64,000 nucleotides of DNA from a virus (IMGVR_UViG_3300028454_000679); one strand, 5' to 3'; numbered from the stretch's first letter, positions 35,659 through 45,142 are shown. Made by a program: numbers and translations. Notes: generated by a model from the letters alone, not told the origin.

Positions 35659-36144
35659 TCCTTATCGACCTTAATTATCTCTCCATTCTTGATTGTAAAT
35701 ACATACCCTTCTGATGCCAATCTCTCAATCTCCTCCATAGGTAACTTGTTAAGATCAGCAAGACCACCTGGTGTATTAAACACTGATGACTTATTCAATG
35801 ACATACTTCTGCCTCCTAAACAAATTTAAAACGCTTGTTAGCTTTCTTTACTTCGTCAACTTTCTCACCATGTGCACGAAGAAAAGAAAACGTTATTACT
35901 CCGACAAGGAGTCCTAAAACTCCTAAAACAATCTTCTTCATTACTAAGCTCCTTAAATTAAGAGAGCAGGGAAATTAGTCTCCCTGCTCTCTACTTATAA
36001 CATTTGATCTCTTTACCGTAGACTTCTCCATACACTGCATAGGATGCGAGTCTGAAACACCCTCCTCACCATACATGCATGCGTTTGTACCGTAGTTATA
36101 GTAGCACCCACTACATTCTTCTCTATCCATTGTAAATACCTCCG

Positions 36145-36831
36145 CTAATTAAAGACACTGGACTTTTTGATATCCTCATACTCCCACTGGCTAATCTTAA
36201 GAAAGGAGCTGTACGCATGATTAAGAGCCTCAACAGGGTCTTCCACTTCTTCAGTTAATAGTGTAGATGCTAAAGTAGCCACACTGTCCATATCATCAAC
36301 CACATACCAGCCAGCATTCTCTAGCCACTGCAACTCCTCTCGCAATTCATGCTCAGACAGTCCAGAATACTTTGAAGCTAATTCCCAGAACTCTGACTCC
36401 TCATGACCCCAGACATCAATAACGACATTATCCATAATACTCGCATCATTGGTGAGCAGAAATTCATTACTCTCATGTACTGCAGAGTAGAGAACAGTTA
36501 CTGAAGGGAATACATGATTGATGGAATCCGCGATGGTCTCCTCCGTACTTGCGTACTTCCACTCTGTGTGAAAGACAACACGATTCTCAGAAACTTCTGG
36601 CATCTTCACAACTTCTCCGGCGCACTTGTATTCCGGTGTAAAACCCTCGCCGTTCCAAGTAGCTACACCACTTCCCAGAGGAAACAGACCAACCCAAGGT
36701 GCTATAAAGTTAATACCATTTGGGGGTGAGATGCTCAACCATTTAGTAATAGTTTGGCACACTTTCGTAGCCTCTGCTTCATCCTCACACAGCAGAGTGT
36801 ATTCTGTAAAACAACTCTCTGACATACCCAT
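36145..36831 (-). CDS. acidic hypothetical protein
   Basis: 228-aa, E/D-rich. Confidence 0.35.
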   Translation of the reverse strand: MGMSESCFTEYTLLCEDEAEATKVCQTITKWLSISPPNGINFIAPWVGLFPLGSGVATWNGEGFTPEYKCAGEVVKMPEVSENRVVFHTEWKYASTEETIADSINHVFPSVTVLYSAVHESNEFLLTNDASIMDNVVIDVWGHEESEFWELASKYSGLSEHELREELQWLENAGWYVVDDMDSVATLASTLLTEEVEDPVEALNHAYSSFLKISQWEYEDIKKSSVFN

Positions 36832-36836
36832 ACCTC

Positions 36837-37346
36837 CTAAAAAATTTCCATAGCTTCAGTAGTGTGTATAGCAAAGATGCCAGCATCAGCAGCTTCCATA
36901 ACCTCAAAGTAAGAATCATCTACAAAGAAAACTTGGTCAAGCGGAACACCCTCACGCTCAGCAATAATCTTCATAACTAAAACTTTCTTTGAACGGCTAT
37001 CCACAGAAATAAGATCACCATGATTCGTAAAGATACCATCGTAACACTCTCTTAGACGATTATACTTTGCATTGTACTCGAAGCTATTTGAGCATTCTGT
37101 CAGACCGTAAATCTTTGAACCTGTGGTATGTAGTCGAGTAAGCAGCCGATGCATAGGTTTTGGAGCTTTACAATGAATGTAAGCATTATTACAGATATTG
37201 TATTTCAACCAGTCCTCATACTCTCTAACTCCAACAATACGTTTACCATTGTCCTTGTCATTGACACCGTTGTTGTTGTACATATGTAAAGACAGTAGAG
37301 TGTTATCCACATCTGCAAAAGCTAATCTAAATTTTTCTAAATTCAC
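36837..37346 (-). CDS. HAD-superfamily phosphatase
   Basis: Motif I FADVDNTL (DxDxT) and motif IV FFVDDS. Confidence 0.6.
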   Translation of the reverse strand: MNLEKFRLAFADVDNTLLSLHMYNNNGVNDKDNGKRIVGVREYEDWLKYNICNNAYIHCKAPKPMHRLLTRLHTTGSKIYGLTECSNSFEYNAKYNRLRECYDGIFTNHGDLISVDSRSKKVLVMKIIAEREGVPLDQVFFVDDSYFEVMEAADAGIFAIHTTEAMEIF

Positions 37347-37360
37347 TTCGATTCTCCTAA

Positions 37361-37876
37361 CTAATTCTTAACAACTCTGAAGTTCTTACCCAGTGCATTA
37401 CGCACACGTTCAACCTCACTCGGGCTAAAATCAATCTCGTCCTGTGCAAAACGTCTTTCTAACTCTTCTAGTTTCGCCTTAGAGTCTCTAGACACATACC
37501 GACTACGTCTAACATTCTCAGGAGCTTCAACAAATACTGCCTCAACATTCTCCGCACCAAAGTGTTCAATAGCAGCTAAAACGCCGTTAATATCTAATAC
37601 ACCTACGTAATCAGCTTGACTAACCTTCTGGCTGCAAGACCCATAGAACCATTCACCCTCTGTAGTGCTATGCTTGCGATACTCAAAGATATCACCAGTC
37701 TCAACACGCTTCAAAAACTCTTTCTCTGAAAGAAACCAGTAATCAACACCATCAACTTCTCCAGGTCTTGGAGGACGTGTTGTGCAAGTAACAAAATTTC
37801 TCCAACCTTTAGCAACATCTTGCTTAGTGAGATAGTCCTTGCCTGAAGCAGATTTACCGAAATAAATTCTAAGCAT
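37361..37876 (-). CDS. gmk: guanylate kinase-like nucleoside monophosphate kinase
   Basis: P-loop GKSASGKD, plus TTRPPRPGEVDGVDYWFLSEKEF (the guanylate kinase signature TTR.PR.GE.dG.dY.F). Confidence 0.7.
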   Translation of the reverse strand: MLRIYFGKSASGKDYLTKQDVAKGWRNFVTCTTRPPRPGEVDGVDYWFLSEKEFLKRVETGDIFEYRKHSTTEGEWFYGSCSQKVSQADYVGVLDINGVLAAIEHFGAENVEAVFVEAPENVRRSRYVSRDSKAKLEELERRFAQDEIDFSPSEVERVRNALGKNFRVVKN

Positions 37877-38205
37877 TAAACACCTCCGAAATTAACTGCT
37901 GTTGAACCAAACTGTGGTTGTGCCTGTGGTGTTGTAAACTGTTCCTCACTATCAACATCACCAAAGTCGTACTCCTCTAAACCCTCATCAGGTGCCGGAA
38001 CAGACTCTTGGGCAGTCTCACTATAGTATGGCTGCGCATTGGTTGTAAGTGATGTCTGGGAAGGAGTGGATTCAATAAAAGCTTCGAGAATACTCTTTCC
38101 TGCTGATGCTGTAAAAGTGACACCACAACCATTACACGTAGCTGCTTCATTACCATTAAAAGTAATTACATGTGACCCACAAAATGGGCAATTTTTAATC
38201 CTCAT
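37876..38205 (-). CDS. zinc-ribbon hypothetical protein
   Basis: CPFCGSHV...CNGCG. Confidence 0.35.
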   Translation of the reverse strand: MRIKNCPFCGSHVITFNGNEAATCNGCGVTFTASAGKSILEAFIESTPSQTSLTTNAQPYYSETAQESVPAPDEGLEEYDFGDVDSEEQFTTPQAQPQFGSTAVNFGGV

Positions 38206-38262
38206 ACTTAATTCCTCCTAAACTGAACTCTAGACTCCTAGAGTTATTAACTACACACTTAA

Positions 38263-38985
38263 CTAGTTAGCAACTCTACACTTGTTCTTCAATGCATATA
38301 ATTGTTTTTGATTCACATACTTATTTACAATATCCTCATCAAACTCTGCTAATGTGCACCCATAGTGAACAGTACCAGATGGACTCTCAGACACACGTAC
38401 AATTTTAGCAACCAGTTTGAAAGTAACCTGCTTGCTTAAAAACTCACCACTCAATTGAAGAGTGTCCGTAAACTGCACACCAACATAATCCCCTTCACTC
38501 AGTAGGCTAGAACTCTTTACAACTTCTAAAAGAATTCCTCTTGTTGATACATTCACAATGGTGCCATCTAAAGTACCCCTATGCTCACCTAGTGAGATAG
38601 TACAATTCCTGTATACTGGCACTCTGTACGCATTCCTTCTGTCAATTCTATGACCACTACCTCTAGCATCATAAATCATAAACGATTCTGTGCCTACAGT
38701 TCGACGGGAAACGGTTACATGATTCCACTTAAACGTATAACCTGAAACAGAGTCATTGGCTACTAAGGTGTACTCTAAATCCTCGGCATCAAATGCAATA
38801 ACTCTCCCAGAGTAACGAAGCAGGTCAGATACAACAAAGTGCTCACCTTCCCTAAGCGTAGGACGAACAACTTCAGCTTCATGCTCCTGCAGTGTCTTTG
38901 TAGTACCCTCTAAGACAGCTACAAGGTTTCCTCTTCTTGCATAAAGCGTAAAATGGGTATTACTGCGTAATTCATCTAGCTCCAT
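38263..38985 (-). CDS. YcgR-like PilZ-domain protein (c-di-GMP receptor)
   Basis: RIDRRNAYRV (RxxxR) and IVNVSTRGILL (D/NxSxxG) in the C-terminal half; the N-terminal beta-rich domain is PilZN-like. Confidence 0.5.
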   Translation of the reverse strand: MELDELRSNTHFTLYARRGNLVAVLEGTTKTLQEHEAEVVRPTLREGEHFVVSDLLRYSGRVIAFDAEDLEYTLVANDSVSGYTFKWNHVTVSRRTVGTESFMIYDARGSGHRIDRRNAYRVPVYRNCTISLGEHRGTLDGTIVNVSTRGILLEVVKSSSLLSEGDYVGVQFTDTLQLSGEFLSKQVTFKLVAKIVRVSESPSGTVHYGCTLAEFDEDIVNKYVNQKQLYALKNKCRVAN

Positions 38986-39231
38986 AAATCACCAACCTAA
39001 AACAATATAGTAATTCTAATAACTGCTACAGTTAGGTGAAAAGCTTAAGGGCAGAATTCCATTACTTACTCTGTCTAGAGTGTTTTTCTTCCCAAAGGAG
39101 TTTTGCCTTATGTAAAGCTTCTTCGCAATCACGAGCGAAAACGACAAACGTCTCACCTTTAATAGCTGTAACATACTTATGTTCAAACACTTTTCCCACC
39201 TCCGTAAATTTTATATGCACAAATGCATTAA

Positions 39232-39292
39232 TACAGCTTACGGGACTTGAACCCATACTCTACACCGTAGTGTGCACTTACACCAAAGCTGT
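39232..39292 (-). ncRNA. tRNA-like element D with 4-bp stem / 3-nt loop (GGT) in place of the anticodon arm (61 nt)
   Basis: Manual fold: acceptor ACAGCTT/AAGCTGT, D arm GTGT-AAGTGC-ACAC, mini-hairpin CTAC-GGT-GTAG, T arm ATGGG-TTCAAGT-CCCGT. Preceded on the minus strand by a terminator hairpin and T12. Confidence 0.35.
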
Positions 39293-39318
39293 ACTGCGGA
39301 CTACCGCAATTCGTGAAC

Positions 39319-39348
39319 GAAAAAAAAAAAACCCTCTCAGCGAGAGGG
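39319..39348 (-). terminator. intrinsic terminator (minus strand)
   Basis: CCCTCTC-agc-GAGAGGG followed, on the minus strand, by a run of 12 T. Confidence 0.6.
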
Positions 39349-39474
39349 TGCAGAAAAACTTGGAACAGGGATGAAAGGAGAACACGGGATGTCAAGCCCA
39401 TTAGAAACACCCTGCTTCCAAGTCAATAGGTTATAATCAATTTAAGAGTAAAAAGTAGTAGCGAAAAGTGCTAC

Positions 39475-39831
39475 CTAAGACTTCTCTACTTCCTCTATAA
39501 CATAGAAAAGTTCAGGACACAAATGAATTTCGCAAGAGTGCTTGTGGTTATACTCATCCAAGTAAAGTATGAGTAAGAGTTGTTCATCTTTTATAATATT
39601 AGTTGTGAAGTAACCCTCTATCTCAAAGACGGGTCTAGAACCCCTAACATTCACAACAGAGAGTTTTCGGTTCGTGTTGAGCTGTAATAGTAATTCATCT
39701 GTCTTCTCTATCCTCTCCATATACCAACAGTACAGTAAGTAAATACACAATGCAATGGTTGCAAGTGTAATACAAAGTACTACGATTTGCATGACAATTC
39801 CTCCTAAACAACCAGTAATACTTAAACCCAT
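39475..39831 (-). CDS. membrane hypothetical protein
   Basis: N-terminal TM. Confidence 0.3.
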   Translation of the reverse strand: MGLSITGCLGGIVMQIVVLCITLATIALCIYLLYCWYMERIEKTDELLLQLNTNRKLSVVNVRGSRPVFEIEGYFTTNIIKDEQLLLILYLDEYNHKHSCEIHLCPELFYVIEEVEKS

Positions 39832-39980
39832 ACACTACTAAGTAATGTATGGGTTCTATCATGGTTGTCAGTAAGCTTTGCTTACTTCTTTAATTCAATA
39901 ATGGCTTCTTGTCCAGTCTTTATATCCTTAGGGATAACATGAACAGAGCGTATAGGCTGTGACACCTATACGCTCTGTGT

Positions 39981-40616
39981 TTATTTATCTAATTCTATTG
40001 TAGTCTCCTTGCCTGTCTTGATACTCTTTAAGATGTAGGAGCTATCATTCTCTGATTTAATTGGCTGTATCTCGTAAACATCTGTTGGGTCTAGTTTACC
40101 ATCAACCTTCTTATACAGTTCTTTCATTCTTGGCACAGCAAAGTTACTATGAACAAGTACGGGTGCTTTATCAGAAAACGTATTTCTAATTCCAATCACC
40201 TTACCATTTTGTACTTCCACAAAGCTGTCACTTCCTTGAAGATGGTAGGTGTAAACATTACTGTCATGAAAACCGCCATACCTAAACCTAAACTTTGTTT
40301 CAGCACCTAAGTACTCCCCTACAAGTTCATTAACTTTTGGTAAAAGGTTTTCACCATTCTTGTGGTTACCGTCAGATGTATCAATAGAAATAAAATTATC
40401 TCCAAGTACCCCACTAGTTTCTAGATACTTGAAAGGGTGCTCTTGATTTTGGTATGATGTAACAACACCTTCTAAATGTTCAGTCTGCTTAGCTATTTCA
40501 CCAAAATGCTTCTCAAGACTAACCACTTTATTATATGTTAAATAATTAAAAGCAGTATTACCGATCGCAAACAAAAGAACCAAGACTAAGAGAACTTTAT
40601 CAAATACTTTACTCAT
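39981..40616 (-). CDS. membrane-anchored hypothetical protein
   Basis: N-terminal TM; 211 aa. Confidence 0.35.
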   Translation of the reverse strand: MSKVFDKVLLVLVLLFAIGNTAFNYLTYNKVVSLEKHFGEIAKQTEHLEGVVTSYQNQEHPFKYLETSGVLGDNFISIDTSDGNHKNGENLLPKVNELVGEYLGAETKFRFRYGGFHDSNVYTYHLQGSDSFVEVQNGKVIGIRNTFSDKAPVLVHSNFAVPRMKELYKKVDGKLDPTDVYEIQPIKSENDSSYILKSIKTGKETTIELDK

Positions 40617-40622
40617 AAATTA

Positions 40623-41069
40623 TCACTCCCAGTTTCCCTGATCTTCTTTTTGCTGTGTTTTCTTTGAACAACGTTTTGTTTTCTTAGGACATTCCTGTTG
40701 CTCCTGCTGAGCCTCTTCTAATTCCTGTAACTCAGGATGCTGTGCCAAGTACAGCTCACGACGTTCATTTACATTGATAAGTTCTCTATTGAGAACATCA
40801 AGCTTATGTTGAACAACCTTGCACACTTTGCATGGTTCTGCATCTGGGAACATCTTGTCATTCAGACACAAACCCTTACGAGGTTGCTCTGTTAAACTGC
40901 GATCATACTCAATTGTTACAAGATTCCCAGAGATTGGATTATTCACCCGTACTATTGAGCACTCTGGAATCATAAAAGTTTTAGCACCGCAGCAGTCACA
41001 GACTACTAGGGTGGCTCCTTCAGTATGCAACTCTTCTCCGCCACACACTTGACATCTAATTTTTGTCAT
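40623..41069 (-). CDS. zinc-ribbon protein, paralog of 24826..25362
   Basis: Start refined to MTKIRCQVCGGEELHTEGATLVVCDCCGAKTFMIPE, with a GGAGGT RBS. Located directly downstream of the Cys-rich peptide genes. Confidence 0.45.
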   Translation of the reverse strand: MTKIRCQVCGGEELHTEGATLVVCDCCGAKTFMIPECSIVRVNNPISGNLVTIEYDRSLTEQPRKGLCLNDKMFPDAEPCKVCKVVQHKLDVLNRELINVNERRELYLAQHPELQELEEAQQEQQECPKKTKRCSKKTQQKEDQGNWE

Positions 41070-41092
41070 AAGATTACCTCCATTAAAAATTA

Positions 41093-41530
41093 TTATGCAG
41101 TTGTTGCTTGTACAGATGATGCTAAGCAACCAGATTTGCAACCTGAGCTGCAGCTAGAGTTGCAACCACCACAAGAGGAACACCCTGAGCAAGAGGTGCA
41201 GCCACCGGTGCAACCTGAACAACCACCAGTGCAATCAGCTCTACAAGAAGCAGTGCAATATGTGCAACCGTTTTCGCAACCGCCTGTGCACTGCCAGTCA
41301 CACCTGCCTCCACAGCCACCACAGCGTACATCACAGGCAGCACAATCAAACCAGCAGCGATTTCCACAACCATCGCATTCTGCATGAACATCCGTACTTA
41401 TATTAACTAATGCTGCTAGTCCTGCTGCAGTTGCTACCACTTCCTTCAGTTTGCTCTTTCTACTTGTGTCGTTCTGCTCACTAAAGTTATCATTAGAGGG
41501 AGTCTTATCTTTTTCTTCCATATAAAACAC
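41093..41530 (-). CDS. Cys-rich secreted precursor-like protein 1 (CxxC/CxC repeats)
   Basis: Signal-like KLKEVVATAAGLAALVNISTDVHA-E, then 42 Cys in ~95 aa. C-terminal [29 protein letters not shown]. Confidence 0.5.
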   Translation of the reverse strand: MFYMEEKDKTPSNDNFSEQNDTSRKSKLKEVVATAAGLAALVNISTDVHAECDGCGNRCWFDCAACDVRCGGCGGRCDWQCTGGCENGCTYCTASCRADCTGGCSGCTGGCTSCSGCSSCGGCNSSCSSGCKSGCLASSVQATTA

Positions 41531-41581
41531 CTTCCTATTTTTATTATAGTAATACCTGATATAATAGGTTTGATACTGTAA

Positions 41582-42214
41582 CTATGCAGCCGTTATAGAT
41601 ACAGAGGAGGCTAAGCAACCAGATTTGCAACCACTTCCACAGCTAGTATTACATCCACCGCAAGAGGAGCAACCTGTGCAACCGGTACAACCTGAACAAG
41701 AAGTGCAACCTGAGCAAGAGGTACAGTCACCAGTGCAACTACCAGTACAATCATCTCTACACCTACCATTGCAACTGTAATCGCAACCACCACAACTCCT
41801 GCCGCACCCATCAGAACATACAGACCCACAGCCACTGCATCCATCACAGCTGGTACATCCACTATCACAACCACCGCAGCCACCGCAGCCACCACAGCCG
41901 CCGCATCCGCCGCAGCTACCACCACAGCCACTGCAACCGTCACAGCTGGTACATCCACTGGCACATACAGAGCAGCCTCCGCAGCCATCGCAACCACCAC
42001 AGCCTACTCCGCAGCTACCACCACAGTTAGAGCCACAACCTACTGCACATGCTTGATTACATGCTGCATTTACTTTTGTATCAACTGACACAACAGCCGC
42101 TATGCCTGCCGCTATCAGTGCTGCTTTTTTTAGTTTATTTTCACCACTCAGTTTAAAATTCTCTTGTTGGTCAGTTTGTAAATCGAATTGGGATTCCTTT
42201 GACATAATAATCAC
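41582..42214 (-). CDS. Cys-rich secreted precursor-like protein 2
   Basis: Signal-like [25 protein letters not shown], long (CGG)n / CxxC repeats, and the same C-terminal motif ...[23 protein letters not shown]. Confidence 0.5.
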   Translation of the reverse strand: MIIMSKESQFDLQTDQQENFKLSGENKLKKAALIAAGIAAVVSVDTKVNAACNQACAVGCGSNCGGSCGVGCGGCDGCGGCSVCASGCTSCDGCSGCGGSCGGCGGCGGCGGCGGCDSGCTSCDGCSGCGSVCSDGCGRSCGGCDYSCNGRCRDDCTGSCTGDCTSCSGCTSCSGCTGCTGCSSCGGCNTSCGSGCKSGCLASSVSITAA

Positions 42215-42235
42215 CCTTTCTAACTTTTGATTTCT

Positions 42236-43612
42236 TTAGTGTGATTTAATGCATATTTCCCCTTCATTAACTTTTCCGCCCATAGAAAGTGTAAGCTCCC
42301 TCAGTGCTTCGTAATCCTTCTCACCAATAAGTGGTACAGCCCATTCTCTCGGACACCAGAGGTCAAGCACTTCTGTACGACCTGTTTCTTTGTAATAATG
42401 GTTCCAATAGTAAACTATGGCAAGTGAGCGCACCTTTTGAACATCACAGATAAATGTGCACCGTTTGTCAACAGTTCCGTTAATCTGATAATTGTAAGCA
42501 GAACACCAAGAGCATCCTTTTGCTACGGGGCAGTAAAAGCATTCATCTGTTGATTGAGATCTCCTCGTAATGGCACTCATACATGTGATACAGTCCTGTT
42601 CACATTTCTTCTGCGCAATTCCTGTCCAAACATCACCAATTATAATAGGTGGTTGGTCCAAACCGAGCGATGATTCCATATACCGTAAACATGGAAACAG
42701 CTTACCATCAGGATCGCACGCCAACATCCTCGCATTACCGCCGCACCAATTATCATTGTCTGTTTCCTCCATAGGCATACCCCAAGTGTTATCCAAGAAA
42801 GAAATTGCATAATCCTCTTGGTCAAATTCGCTTTTACGAATCCAATCTGAAAACTCCTTACACTGCTCCCAGACTACCCTAGCATGCTCTGGTTTCCAAA
42901 CATCCTCGAAAACCTCATTGGCATTTATATCTTCATACCCATCGTAAATCATCTGTTTGAGACAATCTGCAAAGTACTTAATATTTTCCGGTGCCATAGT
43001 GATTTTGGAACCCATATAGTATCCTCTAGCCATCCAATCCTGTGCTGCATCATGAGCCAAATCGTATGATGGTCGACCGTCAGGGAACCTTCGACAAGCA
43101 TCATGGAGTTCTTTTGTTCCATCCACCGTGACGGAAAAAGAAATATTACGGAAGTTCTTTTGTAAAAATGCCTGAACCTTGGGGTCTCTGTATGCAACAC
43201 CATTGGAGCAGATAGAAATAGAAAACTTTTCTGCCCAAGGATGATTCATCTCAATGGCTCTTTTCCTAAAATAGTCCACTGTTTTATCAATAAGAGCTAT
43301 CTCAAGGAAAGGCTCCCCTCCAATAAACTCCAGAATAATTGCTGGTGCATCTCCAAGATACTCCCTAAAACCATTTTGACCAGTCAAAACATCATCAACT
43401 AATCTAAATGCAACCTCTTCCGACATTCGTCTTGTACCCTTATTTGTTTGGTAACAATATGAGCATGCAAGTGAACAAGCATCTGTAACTTGCCAGGTTA
43501 CAGATCTTGCCATATTTGCTATACCTCTTTCTGTATCGCCACCCAACTCTGGGTACATTCTTGCAATCCAATCCTGAAATTGAATCAATTGTTTCCTTTT
43601 CTTTGTTGCCAT
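42236..43612 (-). CDS. radical SAM / SPASM-domain peptide-modifying enzyme
   Basis: CSLACSYC (Cx3Cx2C). C-terminal auxiliary cluster motifs CGGNARMLACDPDGKLFPC and CFYCPVAKGCSWC. Start refined to MATKKRKQ. Confidence 0.8.
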   Translation of the reverse strand: MATKKRKQLIQFQDWIARMYPELGGDTERGIANMARSVTWQVTDACSLACSYCYQTNKGTRRMSEEVAFRLVDDVLTGQNGFREYLGDAPAIILEFIGGEPFLEIALIDKTVDYFRKRAIEMNHPWAEKFSISICSNGVAYRDPKVQAFLQKNFRNISFSVTVDGTKELHDACRRFPDGRPSYDLAHDAAQDWMARGYYMGSKITMAPENIKYFADCLKQMIYDGYEDINANEVFEDVWKPEHARVVWEQCKEFSDWIRKSEFDQEDYAISFLDNTWGMPMEETDNDNWCGGNARMLACDPDGKLFPCLRYMESSLGLDQPPIIIGDVWTGIAQKKCEQDCITCMSAITRRSQSTDECFYCPVAKGCSWCSAYNYQINGTVDKRCTFICDVQKVRSLAIVYYWNHYYKETGRTEVLDLWCPREWAVPLIGEKDYEALRELTLSMGGKVNEGEICIKSH

Positions 43613-43623
43613 AATTTTTCCTT

Positions 43624-44028
43624 TCAGTTTACTGCATAAGAAGATGCCATACATCCTGTCTTGCATCCCCCACCACAGCTAGTATTACATCCACCACAGG
43701 AAGAACATCCGGAGCAACCTGTGCAGCCACCAGTACAGCCACTACCGCATCCGCCTCCACATCCTGTGCAGTCACCGCAGCCAGTTCCACAGTTGTCCCA
43801 GCAACCCAGACTACAGTTTTCCATACAGCGGTGGCCACAGCCATCACAGCCTGGGTAATGAATGGTACCACCACCTGAGTTTCCTCCACCACCAGTACCA
43901 CCACCGGATTCACCAGTACCAGGGCTACTACGACCACCGGCACACAGCTGTGTGCACCCACTACCGCACCCACAACCTCCAGGACCGACGACAGTTCCAG
44001 CCTGTGTATCAAACTTTAGCTGATACAA
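43624..44028 (-). CDS. Cys-rich precursor-like protein 3 (no obvious signal peptide)
   Basis: G/S-rich N-terminal half, then CxxC repeats and the shared C-terminus [26 protein letters not shown]. Confidence 0.45.
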   Translation of the reverse strand: MYQLKFDTQAGTVVGPGGCGCGSGCTQLCAGGRSSPGTGESGGGTGGGGNSGGGTIHYPGCDGCGHRCMENCSLGCWDNCGTGCGDCTGCGGGCGSGCTGGCTGCSGCSSCGGCNTSCGGGCKTGCMASSYAVN

Positions 44029-44214
44029 TGATGCTAAAGCTGCTGCGGAAAAGACTATATTCTCTAACTTATCATTAAATTTCTTACCACCACCATCATC
44101 TTTTAACGTATACCCTCCAGATTATTCCACAATCATCTTGACTAGTTACAAACTCAACCCAAATTCATAAATTATAATTTAAATGAGGATGTCACACATC
44201 CTGCTGAGCACCCT

Positions 44215-44790
44215 CTAATTCTTTGCGCCGCTGTTACACCCTGTACCACAGGAAGCAGAACACCCAGTGCAGCCATTACACTGCCCTATACATGAACCCA
44301 CGCACAAACCTGTGCAAGCTCCGCCGCAATGTGTTACTTCTGTTTTATTGTTATTATTAACCTTACCTCCAGAACCGCCTGGTAAATCGTAGGCTACACC
44401 GTTGTAAGTTCCCTTAAATCCACCTCTGTTAGAAGCAGTATCAGCATCAGCATCCAACTGACTGCAAATACTGTTGATATCAGCAGCGTTAAATCCAGGT
44501 GGGATCTTTCCGCCTTGATGTGTATAGTTAGAACCTAACTTATTCTCAAAGGCAAACCCGGTGTTATTGTCAGCACCTTTTACAATCTGTAAAAGGCAGT
44601 CAATGGTTGCTTTACCTACCTGTGCAGTAATGGGCTGTCCTTTCTGAGGAGTAGGTGATGGTAATGCATACGCTGAATTAGTTGCATACTGATTGACCTT
44701 ACCAGGACCGGCTCCTCTTTTGTTTAAGGTTGTTGTAATTCTCGCTTTCATGGCAGCTAACTCCCCAGGTGTCATTGCCATATAAATCAC
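44215..44790 (-). CDS. hypothetical protein with Cys-rich C-terminal tail (related to the precursor family)
   Basis: The C-terminal HCGGACTGLCVGSCIGQCNGCTGCSASCGTGCNSG follows an unrelated ~150-aa domain. Confidence 0.4.
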   Translation of the reverse strand: MIYMAMTPGELAAMKARITTTLNKRGAGPGKVNQYATNSAYALPSPTPQKGQPITAQVGKATIDCLLQIVKGADNNTGFAFENKLGSNYTHQGGKIPPGFNAADINSICSQLDADADTASNRGGFKGTYNGVAYDLPGGSGGKVNNNNKTEVTHCGGACTGLCVGSCIGQCNGCTGCSASCGTGCNSGAKN

Positions 44791-44796
44791 CCCTTC

Positions 44797-45126
44797 CTAA
44801 ACTTCGGTTTGTTGTAAGTATTGATAGACACAGATTTGATTGTCATCTGTAAATTCATACTTTTCTGGAACTCTCAGTTCGCCAGAATCTAAATTCTCAG
44901 TGAACAAGTTAACAGCAACACCTAATTGAAAAATATTATTTTGTACACATGCATCTACAGCCCTATCCATTAGTCGCCTGAAAATATCACTGTCTAATGC
45001 ATCTGCACTATCAAGATGCTTTGATAGGAAAAAAGAAACATTTGAGCATGCTTTCGTGAACTCAAAAAATCCTCTATCAAGCACATATTTGTAACTCTCT
45101 GGAACATCTATTACATTCTCAACCAT
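44797..45126 (-). CDS. hypothetical protein
   Basis: 109-aa ORF. Confidence 0.3.
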   Translation of the reverse strand: MVENVIDVPESYKYVLDRGFFEFTKACSNVSFFLSKHLDSADALDSDIFRRLMDRAVDACVQNNIFQLGVAVNLFTENLDSGELRVPEKYEFTDDNQICVYQYLQQTEV

Positions 45127-45142
45127 ACTATCACCTTTACAC

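Noticed and set aside
39036-39410. ORFs 39036..39374(+), 39062..39256(-), 39228..39410(-)
   Set aside because: They overlap tRNA-like element D and the T12 terminator. They show no motif support and have conflicting frames. 39062..39256 could still be a real 64-aa protein, but this is unresolved.
41025-42000. ORFs 41025..41387(+), 41122..41391(-), 41611..42000(-), 43629..44012(-), 43661..43858(+), 42570..42812(+) and similar overlapping ORFs in the Cys-rich locus
   Set aside because: They are alternative reading frames of the tgc/ggc/cag simple-repeat DNA that encodes the Cys-rich proteins. They give A/V-rich or P/Q/E-rich low-complexity translations with no start context, so they are frame artifacts.
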